A DNA stretch of 32,000 bases from Nitrospira tepida (GCF_947241125.1 NZ_OX365700.1:1787245-1819244), one strand, 5' to 3'. Counted from the first letter of the stretch, positions 1 through 12,014 are shown. The notes: generated by a model not told the origin, from the letters alone. Made by a program: numbers and translations.

Positions 1-975
1 GACTGTTCCGCGCTGGAGCGGGAACAACAGGCCGTCGCCTCACAGGATCTCTTGCGGGCGCTGAAAGACGGGCAGGGCGTCGACCTCCAAGGAGTTCTGG
101 TAACCGGCGATCTGAGCTTGGATGCGGTGCCGGTCGCATCGGACGAACAGATGCGAAAACTGCCCGTAGCGGTGCGTGACTGGATTGCGCGGCAAGGCAC
201 CCAGGACATTCGCCTTGTCAGGGGCGGGATTGCCATCCGGGATTCCACGGTGCGGGGATCGATAACCCATCGCAGCAAGCAAGGATACCTGCTGATCGAG
301 GGGCCGGTGACGATGGCCGGCACGAGGTTCGAGGGATTCCAGGACTGGTCGCGGGTCATCTTTCTGGGTCCAGTGGACTGGTCCGGCGCAGAATTTGCGC
401 GCGAAGGATTCTTTGTGCAGGATCGGTTCTGGCACGACGCGACGTTCGATCGGACGACGTTCAGCGGCCGATCACGATTTCACCGTGCGCACTTTCAGGA
501 AGCGGTGTCCTTTCGCGAGGCCACGTTCAACGGATTGGCGGAACTGTTGGAAGTGACCTTCCAAGGACCGGCGCGCTTCGCCGGCGCCCGGTTCACGCAG
601 GGCTCGGGCTTCTCCGGAAGCCATTTTCATTCGGTGGCCGATTTCTCGCGGAGCCTGTTCGAACGGGAGGTCTATTTCATGTTCACGGTCTTTGAGCAGC
701 CTGCCTTGTTTCGCGGGGCGGGCTTTCGTTCGGTCAACAGTTATGCGGATGCGGAGTTCAATGGGACCGGGGATTTTTCGACCGCCGTGTTCGAGCAGGC
801 GCCTGAATTTATGAGGACGAAGTTCAAGGGAGAGCGGTTGTTGCCCTCCAGCGGGTCCGCGTCCTGGCCCGTCTATCTGCCGGTCTATCTGGTTGCGGCG
901 GTCGCCGTGATCTTCACCCTGTTGATCCTCAAGCAGACCTATCGATCGCGAAGCCCGTCCAGCCGAAACGGCTGA
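1..975 (+). CDS. Pentapeptide-repeat-like protein with C-terminal transmembrane anchor (5' end probably outside the window)
   Basis: The frame is open from nt 1 with no upstream stop, and the tracked start at 52 is TTG. There are long runs of 5/10-residue periodicity with F/L at the central position (ATFDRTTFSGRSRFHRAHFQEAVSFREATF...). A hydrophobic C-terminal segment follows (WPVYLPVYLVAAVAVIFTLLIL). Confidence 0.55.
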   Translation, partial: DCSALEREQQAVASQDLLRALKDGQGVDLQGVLVTGDLSLDAVPVASDEQMRKLPVAVRDWIARQGTQDIRLVRGGIAIRDSTVRGSITHRSKQGYLLIEGPVTMAGTRFEGFQDWSRVIFLGPVDWSGAEFAREGFFVQDRFWHDATFDRTTFSGRSRFHRAHFQEAVSFREATFNGLAELLEVTFQGPARFAGARFTQGSGFSGSHFHSVADFSRSLFEREVYFMFTVFEQPALFRGAGFRSVNSYADAEFNGTGDFSTAVFEQAPEFMRTKFKGERLLPSSGSASWPVYLPVYLVAAVAVIFTLLILKQTYRSRSPSSRNG

Positions 976-1084
976 AAAACCTACCACATATAGAGTTTTG
1001 GCTTGCCCCTACCCCCAATAAGCTGCTATAAGAAAAAACGGCCCGCCTTGTACGAGAACATTCAACTATAAAGCCGAGGATACT

Positions 1085-1852
1085 GTGGAGCAGGTCGAAC
1101 TTCCCTATCAGGTCCGACTTGAGAAGTTTGAAGGTCCGCTCGATCTGTTGCTCCACCTCATCCGGCAGAACCAGATCAACATCTACGATATTCCGATCGC
1201 GCTGATTGCCCAGCAGTATCTCGACTATCTGGAAACCATGCGCTCGTTGAATCTGGCCGTGGCGGGAGAATTCCTCGTCATGGCCGCGACCCTATTGCAG
1301 ATCAAATCCCGCATGTTGCTGCCGGTGGAGGAGCGCGCCCTTGACGACGAGGACGGGCCCGATCCGCGCGAAGAATTGGTCCGTCGTCTCTTGGAGTACA
1401 AGCAGTTCAAGGAGGCGGCGACTGAACTGGAAGACCAGTCGCGGCGGTGGCGGAACGTCTTCACCAGGCCGCCTGAACCCTTGCCGGCCGAGGAACCGGA
1501 GGAATATCTCGCGGAGGATGTCTCTTTGTTTGAGTTGGTCGATGCCTTGCACGACATCCTTGCCCGTACGCCGGCCGCGACCGTCATGGACATCATTCCC
1601 GATCACCTGACGGTTCGGAACCAAATGAATGTCATTGTGGAACGGCTGGAGGCTCGGGAATCGGCGACGTTCGGTGAGTTGTTCGAAGGGCCGATCACGC
1701 GGGCGATGGTGATCGTGACGTTCCTGGCATTGCTCGAATTGATCCGGCTGCGAATCATCCGCGCCTATCAAGCGGAGTTGTTCGGCACGATCCTGATCTC
1801 GCGGACGTTTACGGCTATGGCCGACGTCGAAGACCAGGTCGAAGAGAGTTAA
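1085..1852 (+). CDS. scpA: Segregation and condensation protein A (kleisin of SMC complex)
   Basis: The N-terminus FEGPLDLLLHLIRQNQINIYDIPIALIAQQYLDYL is the typical ScpA signature. GTG start with GAGGA 8 nt upstream, and scpB follows immediately. Confidence 0.9.
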   Translation: MEQVELPYQVRLEKFEGPLDLLLHLIRQNQINIYDIPIALIAQQYLDYLETMRSLNLAVAGEFLVMAATLLQIKSRMLLPVEERALDDEDGPDPREELVRRLLEYKQFKEAATELEDQSRRWRNVFTRPPEPLPAEEPEEYLAEDVSLFELVDALHDILARTPAATVMDIIPDHLTVRNQMNVIVERLEARESATFGELFEGPITRAMVIVTFLALLELIRLRIIRAYQAELFGTILISRTFTAMADVEDQVEES

Positions 1853-1873
1853 GAAGGACGAGGAGGTGGGGCG

Positions 1874-2824
1874 ATGAGTGACCTCGGTGATCGAATCGAG
1901 CCGGCGGCCGAGTCGTTTGAAATATCGGCGCAGAATGAATCGAACGGAGACGGCGCGTATGTGGGCGGGATATGCGATCCGAACGAAACGGCCGAAGTCG
2001 ATCCATCCGGCGTCACGAATCCAGCGATGACTGGCGAACGGGACGAGGCGCACCCGGCCGATGCGGAGATCAAGGCCGTACTGGAAGCCCTGCTGTTCGT
2101 GTCCGGCGAGCCGCTCTCGGTCGAGCGTTGCACGGCGATTCTCGGCCATGTGACCAAAAGTCACGTGCAGATGGCGCTGCGTGAACTCCAGCAGGACTAT
2201 CAGCAGGAGGGACGCGCGCTCCAGGTGGTCCAGGTGGCCGGCGGATACCGGCTGGCCACCAAAGAACAGTTTGCGCCCTGGATCAGGCGCTTGGACAAGG
2301 CCAAGGCGCCGGCCAAGTTGTCCCGGTCGGCGGTGGAGTCGTTGGCGATCATCGCCTACCGCCAGCCGATCGTCCGCGGAGAGATCGAAAAAATCCGCGG
2401 CGTGGAGACGTCCGGTGTCCTGCGGACGCTGCTCGAGCGCAAGTTGGTCCGGATGGTGGGACGCAAGGACGAGCCTGGCCGCCCGATCATGTACGGCACG
2501 ACCAAGCATTTCTTGGAACATTTTGGGCTCAAGAGTCTGGCCGATCTGCCGCCGCTGCGTGAATTCAAGGAGTTGGGTGAGGGCGATCAAGTGTCGCTCC
2601 TGAGCGAAGAGGCCCTCGGCGGGACGGGCGACGAGCGCGATCCCGAGCCGGACTGCTCCCATGCGATGGCCGAGGAACAGGCGGGACTGGCCTCGGCAGA
2701 TTCGTTATCGCCGGAATTGCACGATGCTCCCTGCCTCACGATCGACGAATCCAACGATAGGATCGAAGCCACGGATGAGGCTGAGACCATGCCGGATTTG
2801 ATTCCGGAGTCGGCCAACGCCTGA
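1874..2824 (+). CDS. scpB: Segregation and condensation protein B, with acidic N- and C-terminal extensions
   Basis: Core IKAVLEALLFVSGEPLSVERC...SRSAVESLAIIAYRQPIVRGEIEKIRGV...GRPIMYGTTKHFLEHFGL matches the ScpB winged-helix pair. GGAGG lies upstream of the ATG. Confidence 0.9.
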   Translation: MSDLGDRIEPAAESFEISAQNESNGDGAYVGGICDPNETAEVDPSGVTNPAMTGERDEAHPADAEIKAVLEALLFVSGEPLSVERCTAILGHVTKSHVQMALRELQQDYQQEGRALQVVQVAGGYRLATKEQFAPWIRRLDKAKAPAKLSRSAVESLAIIAYRQPIVRGEIEKIRGVETSGVLRTLLERKLVRMVGRKDEPGRPIMYGTTKHFLEHFGLKSLADLPPLREFKELGEGDQVSLLSEEALGGTGDERDPEPDCSHAMAEEQAGLASADSLSPELHDAPCLTIDESNDRIEATDEAETMPDLIPESANA

Positions 2825-2959
2825 TCAGTCCGTCTTTCCGCAGCCTTCCTCCCCTGTGTTCTGATGGGCTGGAATAATGCCGGCGGCCGCAGATCTTGCT
2901 TGTTCCATGGCCCGCGGCCTGCTCTGTATCCCTGCTGAAGCCCTGCTCGGCTCCGCTCC

Positions 2960-2989
2960 TTGACGCCCTTCTTGAGCCTTTGCTAGACT
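2960..2989 (+). promoter_or_regulatory. Candidate sigma70-like promoter for the NHL-repeat gene
   Basis: TTGACG (2960-2965), an 18-nt spacer, then TAGACT (2984-2989), about 80 nt upstream of the ATG at 3067. Pattern match only. Confidence 0.25.
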
Positions 2990-3066
2990 CCCACCTCTTA
3001 AGAATCGTCATGACGCGAGCGCAATCTAAGCAGTTGAAATCCTGAACAAAGGAACGAGGCAACCCC

Positions 3067-6027
3067 ATGAGTCTCACCTGGCTTTTCGAGGAAGAAGATC
3101 ATCGATCCCGCCTGCTGCTGTCCGCCCAGTCCGGGTCGGACGAGTGGGGGACCGGCGAAGTGACGGCAGAAGAAGAACTTCCTCCCGCGCCGGCGAATCT
3201 CAAGGCTCAGCCGGGCAACGGCCGTGTGTTGCTGACCTGGGACCCGGTTCCGGACGCCATGTACTACAACATCTACTACATGACGACCAAAGGCGTGCAG
3301 ATCAAATTCTCCGAATTGACGCGGCCGATCGCAGGCCCCCAGGACTTCAAGACCAAGATCGGTGTGACCAAAGAAAAGGGCACCTGCATCGAAGGCCCCT
3401 CCTCGCCCTACCTGCATGAAGACCTCGCCAACGGCACCTGCTACCACTATGTCGTCACGGTGGTCACGCAGAAGGGGGAAAGCCCGGAGTCCGAAGAAGT
3501 CATGACGATTCCGTCGCCCTATCTGGTCGCCCAGATCATCGGCTGCGAGGGGGTGGATGACGGCGAATTCAACTCTCCGACCGGGGTCGCCCTCGACAAG
3601 GATGGCAATATCTACGTGGGCGACACCGACAACCATTCGATTCAGAAATTCGACAAGACCGGCAAGTTTCTCGCTCGGTGGGGCGGCAATCCCGGGGCCG
3701 CCGAGGGCGAGTTTTATTATCCGCGCGGTGTGGCCGTCGGGTCCGAGGGCGAGGTGTACGTAGCGGACAGCGGGAACAACCGTATTCAGAAGTTCGATTC
3801 GGACGGCAACTATATGCATACCTGGGGCAAATTCGGCTTTGCCTGGCGAGGCGCCGACATCGGGCGTTTCGATGTGCCCTGGGGAGTGGCGACCGACCGC
3901 GAAGGCAACCTCTACGTGTCGGACACGAGCAACGCCCGCATTCAGAAGTTCGCCCACGACGGCACGCCGCTCCTCAAGTGGGGGCGCGATGGCAGCTATG
4001 ACGGCGCATTTTTCTACCCGCGGGGCATTGCGGTCGATTTCGTCGGAAACATTTACGTGTCAGAAGAGGGGAACCACCGCATCCAGAAATTCGACACCCG
4101 CGGGAGTTTCCTGACGAAGTGGGGGCGCGAGGGCGGCGGACCGGGGCAATTCAAGCGTCCCTGGGGCGTCGCCTGTGACGCCATGGGGTACGTCTATGTT
4201 GTGGATCAGGAGAATCATCGCATCCAGAAGTTCGACGGCAACGGGACCTTTCTCTGTTCGTGGGGCAACCGGGGTCTGAGCGAAGGCCAGCTCAATTTCC
4301 CGTCCGGCATCGCCATCGACAAGGAAGGCAACGTGTTCGTGGTGGACAGCGGCAACAACCGCATCATCAAATACGTGCCGACCGAAGAAGAGCTGAACCG
4401 CACGCTCCAGGCGAAACGGGAGGAAGCCGGGGACGACAAGACTCCGCGCGGCGTCGTGGCCAAGGCCGGTGATACCGAGGTCACGGTGAGCTGGATGGAG
4501 ATGCCCGGAGCCGTCTCCTACAACCTCTACTTCAGCACCAATTCCGGCTTCACGAAAGAAGGGGCCACCAAGATTGAAGGCGTGGAGAATCCCTATGTCC
4601 ATAGCGGGCTCAGTAACGACACCGCCTATTATTATGCGCTGACCGCGGTTTACGAAGGCGAGGTCGAGAGCGGGCTCTCGGCGGAGGTGACGGCAACCCC
4701 GGTGCTGATCGACATGACCGCGCCGCAAACCCCGTCCGCCGTGATCAACCACGGCGCGTTCATGACCAATACCCCGGAAATCATCGTCACGATTTCGGCC
4801 AACGACGTGGATTCTGGTGTGGGGGCCTACTACATCTCCGAGAACCCGATGGCTCCGATGGCCGGCAGTCCCGGGTGGGTGGAGGTCGAGCCGGCCCTGA
4901 AGTTCGGAGCGACGATTCCGTTCGTGCTGTCGCCGGGCGACGGGCAAAAGACGATCTACGTGTGGTTCAAGGATCTGGGGCAGAACATTTCGGTCCCGGC
5001 CAGCGCGACGATCCTGGTCAATACGTCGGGTTATCTCTGCGTGTCGAAGTGGGGGAAGCCGGGACGTGGAGCCTCCTTGCTGCACGGCGGCGAGTTCATG
5101 CCCCCGTTGTATGGCTTGGCCGTCGATCAACAGGGCGGCGTATTCGTGGTGGACAACGGCAACAATCGCGTCCAGAAGTTCGACAGCGCGGGCAATTTCA
5201 TCATTCTCTGGGGGTCGTTCGGGTCGGCCAACGGGAGCTTCCACAACCCGACGGGAATCGCCTGCGACGCGAAGGGCGACGTGTGGGTGGTGGACACCAA
5301 CAACCACCGCGTGCAGAAGTTCGATGGCAAGCTCGGCGGCTACCTCATGAAGTTTGGCTCGCGAGGCAACGGCGAAGGACAGTTCAACGCGCCCTGGGGC
5401 ATCGCCGTCGACCGCGTGCGGGGCTATGTGTACGTGGTGGACAGCGCGAATTTCCGCGTGCAAAAGTTCGACCTCACGGGCGAATTCATCATGGCCTGGG
5501 GCAGCTTCGGCAACCACGACGGGCAGTTCTATTTTCCGCGCGGCATTGCGGTCGACGAATCCGACGGGTCTGTCTACGTCGTGGACATGGGCAACCACCG
5601 CATCCAGAAGTTCGACACCAGCACGAACGTCTTGCCGCAACTGTTGACCAAGTGGGGCGGTAGCGTGGACGCCGGCCATGCCAGCAGTCCGACCGCGGTC
5701 GAGGCGGGGCAGCTTCGGAACCCGTGGGGCATCGCGGTCGATGCCAACGGGGATGTCTATGTGTCCGACGCCGGCAACCATCGGATCGAAAAGTTCGACC
5801 GCGAGGGCAATTTCATCACGCAATGGGGCGGCTTCGGCAACGGCGACGGGCAATTCAACTTCCCCTATGGAATTGCGGTGGGTCCGCGGGGCAGCATCTT
5901 CGTCGTGGACAGCGCTAACGCCAGAATTCAGCAGTTCATGCCGGCGGAAGAAGGAGAAGAGCGGCTGAGGGAGGAGGCGGAAGCGGCCGCGGCGTTGAGC
6001 GACCAGCGGACCGCGCAACCGTCCTGA
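3067..6027 (+). CDS. Large NHL-repeat protein: two six-bladed-type NHL propeller regions separated by FN3/Ig-like modules
   Basis: About 12 or more repeats of the motif P.GVAVD..GN(I/V)YV.D..N.RIQKFD..G.F...WG. FN3-like segments are present (PANLKAQPGNGRVLLTWDPVPDAMYYNIYY; AKAGDTEVTVSWMEMPGAVSYNLYF). Confidence 0.85.
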   Translation: MSLTWLFEEEDHRSRLLLSAQSGSDEWGTGEVTAEEELPPAPANLKAQPGNGRVLLTWDPVPDAMYYNIYYMTTKGVQIKFSELTRPIAGPQDFKTKIGVTKEKGTCIEGPSSPYLHEDLANGTCYHYVVTVVTQKGESPESEEVMTIPSPYLVAQIIGCEGVDDGEFNSPTGVALDKDGNIYVGDTDNHSIQKFDKTGKFLARWGGNPGAAEGEFYYPRGVAVGSEGEVYVADSGNNRIQKFDSDGNYMHTWGKFGFAWRGADIGRFDVPWGVATDREGNLYVSDTSNARIQKFAHDGTPLLKWGRDGSYDGAFFYPRGIAVDFVGNIYVSEEGNHRIQKFDTRGSFLTKWGREGGGPGQFKRPWGVACDAMGYVYVVDQENHRIQKFDGNGTFLCSWGNRGLSEGQLNFPSGIAIDKEGNVFVVDSGNNRIIKYVPTEEELNRTLQAKREEAGDDKTPRGVVAKAGDTEVTVSWMEMPGAVSYNLYFSTNSGFTKEGATKIEGVENPYVHSGLSNDTAYYYALTAVYEGEVESGLSAEVTATPVLIDMTAPQTPSAVINHGAFMTNTPEIIVTISANDVDSGVGAYYISENPMAPMAGSPGWVEVEPALKFGATIPFVLSPGDGQKTIYVWFKDLGQNISVPASATILVNTSGYLCVSKWGKPGRGASLLHGGEFMPPLYGLAVDQQGGVFVVDNGNNRVQKFDSAGNFIILWGSFGSANGSFHNPTGIACDAKGDVWVVDTNNHRVQKFDGKLGGYLMKFGSRGNGEGQFNAPWGIAVDRVRGYVYVVDSANFRVQKFDLTGEFIMAWGSFGNHDGQFYFPRGIAVDESDGSVYVVDMGNHRIQKFDTSTNVLPQLLTKWGGSVDAGHASSPTAVEAGQLRNPWGIAVDANGDVYVSDAGNHRIEKFDREGNFITQWGGFGNGDGQFNFPYGIAVGPRGSIFVVDSANARIQQFMPAEEGEERLREEAEAAAALSDQRTAQPS

Positions 6028-6166
6028 CGAGTAGAGCCCTCGCGTTTCTGATCTTCGCCTGGTCGGCCGGCCGTCGTTCATCTTCGTGTTCCATTCTACT
6101 TGAGGCTTGCGGGTTCGGGACGAGCGTCCTATGCGCGGCCGAGGCGTATGCTCCTACAGGTGACTC

Positions 6167-7633
<1,467 letters not shown>

Positions 7634-7737
7634 GGTTCACGGCGCACGTCAATCGTGAACCGTCAATCGGCCTCATCGCTTGACCTTCCTCCGATCCCCT
7701 CGCTTGACGTATGACGACTTACGGTTGACGTTCAATG
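7634..7737. repeat. Inverted heptad-repeat element in the guaB-guaA spacer
   Basis: Left arm CGTCAAT CGTGAAC CGTCAAT (7647-7667). Right arm CTTGACG TATGACG ACTTACG GTTGACG TTCAATG (7703-7737), and the last heptad contains the guaA ATG. There is also an 8-bp hairpin GGTTCACG/CGTGAACC (7634-7641 / 7654-7661) directly after the guaB stop. Confidence 0.6.
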
Positions 7738-9291
7738 GAACTCTGGCACGATCGAATTCTCGTCCTCGACTTCGGATCTCAATACACGCAACTGATCGCG
7801 CGCCGCATCCGCGAGGCGCAGGTCTATTCGCAAATCCTGCCCTGCACCGTTCCGCTGGCGACGATCCTGGCCTACCGTCCCAGCGGCATTATCCTCTCCG
7901 GCGGGCCGGCGAGCGTCTACGAGAAAAAGGCGCCCAAGATTTCGGTTGAGGTCCTCAATCAACAGATCCCGGTGCTGGGCATCTGCTACGGGATGCAATT
8001 AGTCACGCATCTGATGGACGGCGAGGTGGAGAAGGCGGCCAAGCGGGAATACGGCCGCGCGGAACTTCTGCTGGACGATACCTCCGATCTCTTCAAAGGC
8101 ATCGGCGGGGGCAAGACCACAACGGTCTGGATGTCGCATGGCGACCGGATCGAGCGCATGCCCAAGGGATTCCGGTCGATCGCGCATACCGCCAATTCTC
8201 CTGTCGCGGCCATGAAGGCCGTGGATGCGAAGCGGCGGATCTATTGTCTCCAGTTTCATCCGGAGGTCGCCCATACCCCGGAAGGCACGCGGATGCTGCG
8301 GAACTTCGTGCTCGACATCTGCGGGTGCAAGCCGACCTGGACGATGAGTTCCTATGTCGAGACCAGCGTGAAGCAGATCCGCGAGCAGGTCGGGGACGCC
8401 CGCGTGATCTGCGCGCTTAGCGGCGGAGTCGATTCGTCGGTCGCGGCGGTCCTGACGCACCGGGCGATCGGCGATCGGCTCACCTGCGTGTTCGTGGACA
8501 ATGGGCTGTTGCGGCAGGGGGAAGTCGAGAAGGTCCGCAAGACCTTTGCCGCGCAGTTCAAGATGAACGTGCGGGTGCTGGGGAAGGGCCGGGAATTCCT
8601 GGCGGCTTTGGCCCGCACCATCGATCCGGAACGAAAACGCAAGATCATCGGACGGCTGTTCATCAAGTTTTTCGAGGCGGAAGCGATGCGGAACGGCAAG
8701 GCTGCCTATCTGGTGCAGGGGACCCTTTACCCCGATGTGATCGAAAGCGTCAGCTTCAAGGGGCCGTCGGCCACCATCAAGACCCATCACAACGTGGGCG
8801 GCCTTCCCACCAGGATGAAGTTGCGCCTGATCGAGCCGCTGCGCGAGCTGTTCAAGGATGAAGTACGTGTCTTGGGCAAGGAACTCGGCATTGCCGACGA
8901 GATCGTGTGGCGGCAGCCGTTCCCCGGCCCGGGGCTGGCTATCCGCATCATCGGTACGGTGACGGAGGACCGGCTCCGGATCGTGCGGGAAGCCGACGTG
9001 ATCGTGCTGGAGGAAATCAAACGCGCCGGCTTGTACCGCGACACCTGGCAGGCCTTCGCCGTGCTCTTGCCGATCAAGAGCGTCGGGGTCATGGGCGATC
9101 AGCGGACCTATGAGCATGTCGTGGCCGTCCGCGCCGTGACCAGTCTGGACGGGATGACGGCGGATTGGGCGCGTCTGCCAGGCGAAGTCCTGGCGACCAT
9201 CTCATCGCGGATCATCAACGAGGTGCGGGGCGTAAACCGGGTAGTCTACGATATCAGCTCGAAACCGCCAAGCACGATCGAGTGGGAGTAA
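7735..9291 (+). CDS. guaA: GMP synthase (glutamine-hydrolysing)
   Basis: GATase catalytic site GICYGMQ, PP-loop SGGVDSSV, and the C-terminal dimerisation end ...PPSTIEWE. Confidence 0.97.
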   Translation: MELWHDRILVLDFGSQYTQLIARRIREAQVYSQILPCTVPLATILAYRPSGIILSGGPASVYEKKAPKISVEVLNQQIPVLGICYGMQLVTHLMDGEVEKAAKREYGRAELLLDDTSDLFKGIGGGKTTTVWMSHGDRIERMPKGFRSIAHTANSPVAAMKAVDAKRRIYCLQFHPEVAHTPEGTRMLRNFVLDICGCKPTWTMSSYVETSVKQIREQVGDARVICALSGGVDSSVAAVLTHRAIGDRLTCVFVDNGLLRQGEVEKVRKTFAAQFKMNVRVLGKGREFLAALARTIDPERKRKIIGRLFIKFFEAEAMRNGKAAYLVQGTLYPDVIESVSFKGPSATIKTHHNVGGLPTRMKLRLIEPLRELFKDEVRVLGKELGIADEIVWRQPFPGPGLAIRIIGTVTEDRLRIVREADVIVLEEIKRAGLYRDTWQAFAVLLPIKSVGVMGDQRTYEHVVAVRAVTSLDGMTADWARLPGEVLATISSRIINEVRGVNRVVYDISSKPPSTIEWE

Positions 9292-9364
9292 GACGTCAAC
9301 CGTCAACAGTCAAACGCGAGCAGAGAACTCTTATCGAGTGACGATTGACGAATGACGAGATGAC
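9292..9364. repeat. Second inverted heptad-repeat element, in the guaA-rluB spacer
   Basis: Left arm CGTCAAC CGTCAAC AGTCAAA (9294-9314). Right arm AGTGACG ATTGACG AATGACG AGATGAC (9337-9364), and the last heptad contains the probable rluB ATG at 9360. Confidence 0.6.
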
Positions 9365-10202
9365 AATTCGTCTCCAAAAACTCATCGCCGGTAGTGGGCT
9401 GGCTTCCCGTCGCAAGGCGGAGGCGTTGATCGCGGCAGGCCGTGTGACGGTCAACGGGAAGGTGATCACCGAGCTGGGGACGAAGGTTGATCCGGCGCGC
9501 GATCACGTCAAAGTGGACGGCAAGCATCTCAGCGCGGCGCAGCCGTTCGTGTATCTGGTCCTGAATAAGCCCAAGAACGTGATGTCCACGTTGGATGATC
9601 CGGGTGGGCGTCCCACCGTGAAGGACTATCTGCGCGGCGTGTCTGTGCGGGTGTTTCCGGTCGGCCGGTTGGATTTCGACAGCGAAGGCCTGATGTTGCT
9701 GACGAACCACGGTGATCTGGCTCAAGCCCTGTTGCACCCCCGGTACCATGTCCCCAAGACCTATCTCATCAAAGTAAAGGGCGTGCTCACGGATGAAGAG
9801 ATCAGGAGGTTGGAACAGGGTGTCAGTTTGGAAGACGGCATGACCAGTCCGGCCCACGTCAAGAAGATCAAGAAGGCCGAGCAGAATTCCTGGCTGGAGC
9901 TCACCATCCGCGAGGGACGCAAGCATCAGGTCAAGCGCATGCTGGACGCCGTCGGCCATCCGGTGATCAAGCTGGTTCGAGTGAAGATGGGGCCGTTGTC
10001 GCTCGACAATCTGGAGCCGGGCGAATACCGGTTCCTGACAGATCGGGAAGCCAATGTCCTCCGTGAGCTGGTCGAGGAGCGGGTCGCGGCGGTCGAACGT
10101 GGAGAAGCACCCGCGCGGGCCAAACGGCCGGTCAGGCGAGCGGGCTGGGCCAAGCCTGCGAGGACGAAGAAGCATCAGCCGAAGAAAGCGAGTGTTGCAT
10201 GA
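9360..10202 (+). CDS. rluB: rRNA pseudouridine synthase, RsuA/RluB family, with N-terminal S4 domain
   Basis: S4 motif [30 protein letters not shown] and catalytic motif [15 protein letters not shown]. The basic C-terminal tail is typical of RluB. ATG 9360 is preferred over the tracked TTG at 9345. Confidence 0.85.
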   Translation: MTIRLQKLIAGSGLASRRKAEALIAAGRVTVNGKVITELGTKVDPARDHVKVDGKHLSAAQPFVYLVLNKPKNVMSTLDDPGGRPTVKDYLRGVSVRVFPVGRLDFDSEGLMLLTNHGDLAQALLHPRYHVPKTYLIKVKGVLTDEEIRRLEQGVSLEDGMTSPAHVKKIKKAEQNSWLELTIREGRKHQVKRMLDAVGHPVIKLVRVKMGPLSLDNLEPGEYRFLTDREANVLRELVEERVAAVERGEAPARAKRPVRRAGWAKPARTKKHQPKKASVA

Positions 10203-11962
10203 AGTTCCGGACACACCATTGCGGTGAATTGACCAAGCAGCATGTCGGGCAGACCGTCGTGCTCAACGGGTGGGTCCACCGGCGTCGCGACCATGGTAAC
10301 GTCATCTTCATCGACCTGCGCGACCGGTATGGCCTGACGCAGGTGGTGTTCAACCCCGAGATCAGCGCCGGCGCGCACCGGCAGGCGCATGGGCTGCGAA
10401 GCGAATTCGTCGTCTCCGTCAGCGGGACCGTGGCGCGCCGCCCGGAAGGCTCGGCCAATCCCGATCTGGCCACCGGGGAGATCGAGGTCATGATCGACGA
10501 GGTGGAGATCCTGAACGAGGCCAAGACGCCGCCGTTCATGATCGATGGGGAGGGGGACGTCACCGAGGCCTTGCGGCTGAAATACCGGTTTCTAGACCTA
10601 CGCCGCCCCCCGATGCAGCGGCTGTTGCAGATCCGCCATGCGCTGACGCAAGAGGTCCGTGCCTTTTTGAACCGGGAAGGGTTTCTGGAGATCGAAACCC
10701 CGATCCTGACCAAGAGCACGCCGGAGGGGGCCCGCGACTATCTGGTGCCGTCGAGAGTCAATCCGGGTTATTTCTTCGCGCTGCCTCAATCGCCGCAGTT
10801 GTTCAAGCAGATTCTCATGGTGAGCGGCTGCGACCGGTATTACCAGATTGCCCGCTGTTTCCGCGACGAGGACCTGCGGAACGACCGCCAACCGGAGTTC
10901 ACGCAGATCGACCTGGAAATGTCATTCGTCGATCGCGACCAGGTCATGGGGACGATGGAACAGATGATCAGTCGGGCCTTCAAGGCTGTTGGAAGCGTGG
11001 ATCTTCCGATGCCGTTCCCTCGCTTGACCTACCAGGAGGCGGTCGGGCGCTATGGGTCCGACAAGCCTGATTTGCGGTTCGACATGCCGCTGCATGACCT
11101 GACGGAGTTTGCGAAGACGACGGAGTTCAAGGTCTTCCGGGACACGGCGGCCAAGGGCGGCCTCGTCAAGGCGATCATTGTGAAAGGGGGAGCGGAGATT
11201 CCCCGGAGCCGGATCGATGCGATCGGCGAACTGGCCAAAGGGTTCGGCGCCAAAGGATTGGCCTGGGTTAAGATCACGGGGGAGGGGCAGCTCGAATCGG
11301 TCATCGCCAAGTTCCTGCATCGCGAGCAGTTCCTCGCTTCCGTGCCGGACGCCAAGCCCGGCGATCTGTTGCTGTTCGTGGCGGATCAAGCGAAGGTCGT
11401 TCATGACGTGCTCGGACGGCTGCGGCTCTACTTCGGCAAGGAACTGGGCTTGATCCGAGAAGGGGAGTGGAAACCCCTGTGGGTCATCGAGTTTCCGTTG
11501 CTGGACTACGATCCGGAGCTTGGCCGCTACGTGTTCATGCACAATCCCTTTGCGGCGCCGATGGACGAAGACCTGCCGCTCCTGGACGGCAATCCCGGCC
11601 AGGCCAGGGCCAAGGCTTACGACATGGTGCTGAACGGCAACGAGATCGGCGGCGGCAGCATCCGCAACCATCGCCGCGAGATCCAGCTCAGAATCCTTGA
11701 TCTGCTGGGGATCGGCAAGGACCAGGCGCAGCGCCAGTTCGGATTCCTGCTCGACGCGCTGGACTATGGAGCGCCGCCCCACGGCGGGATCGCGTTCGGG
11801 CTGGACCGGCTGGTCATGCTGCTGGGCGGAGCCGACTCCATTCGGGACGTGATCGCCTTCCCCAAGACCCAGAAGGCGCAATGTCTGATGACCGACGCTC
11901 CCTCGGCCGTCACCCCCGAGCAACTGAAAGAGCTGTTCATCAAGCTCGACACGATCGAGTAG
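10199..11962 (+). CDS. aspS: Aspartate--tRNA ligase (class II)
   Basis: Starts [11 protein letters not shown]...[24 protein letters not shown]. Motif 2 [18 protein letters not shown] and motif 3 [12 protein letters not shown] are present. ATGA overlap with the rluB stop. Confidence 0.97.
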   Translation: MKFRTHHCGELTKQHVGQTVVLNGWVHRRRDHGNVIFIDLRDRYGLTQVVFNPEISAGAHRQAHGLRSEFVVSVSGTVARRPEGSANPDLATGEIEVMIDEVEILNEAKTPPFMIDGEGDVTEALRLKYRFLDLRRPPMQRLLQIRHALTQEVRAFLNREGFLEIETPILTKSTPEGARDYLVPSRVNPGYFFALPQSPQLFKQILMVSGCDRYYQIARCFRDEDLRNDRQPEFTQIDLEMSFVDRDQVMGTMEQMISRAFKAVGSVDLPMPFPRLTYQEAVGRYGSDKPDLRFDMPLHDLTEFAKTTEFKVFRDTAAKGGLVKAIIVKGGAEIPRSRIDAIGELAKGFGAKGLAWVKITGEGQLESVIAKFLHREQFLASVPDAKPGDLLLFVADQAKVVHDVLGRLRLYFGKELGLIREGEWKPLWVIEFPLLDYDPELGRYVFMHNPFAAPMDEDLPLLDGNPGQARAKAYDMVLNGNEIGGGSIRNHRREIQLRILDLLGIGKDQAQRQFGFLLDALDYGAPPHGGIAFGLDRLVMLLGGADSIRDVIAFPKTQKAQCLMTDAPSAVTPEQLKELFIKLDTIE

Positions 11963-12014
11963 TGCGAGCGGCGAGCCGGTTCGCCAGCAGCGATTCGTTC
12001 CCATCAAGGCTGAC

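Noticed and set aside
3067-6027. The NHL-repeat protein considered as a possible second (remote) DGR target because of its internal repetitiveness.
   Set aside because: No segment resembles the TR (20708-20833). The repeats are ordinary NHL blades that diverge at all base types.
6028-6166. A possible purine riboswitch or attenuator upstream of guaB.
   Set aside because: I could not find the conserved purine-riboswitch core or a convincing terminator/antiterminator pair in this spacer.
7634-9364. The heptad repeat arrays considered as a possible CRISPR or minisatellite.
   Set aside because: The units are only 7 nt with no spacers, there are 3-5 copies per arm, and no cas genes are present. 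They are reported instead as a distinct inverted heptad element.
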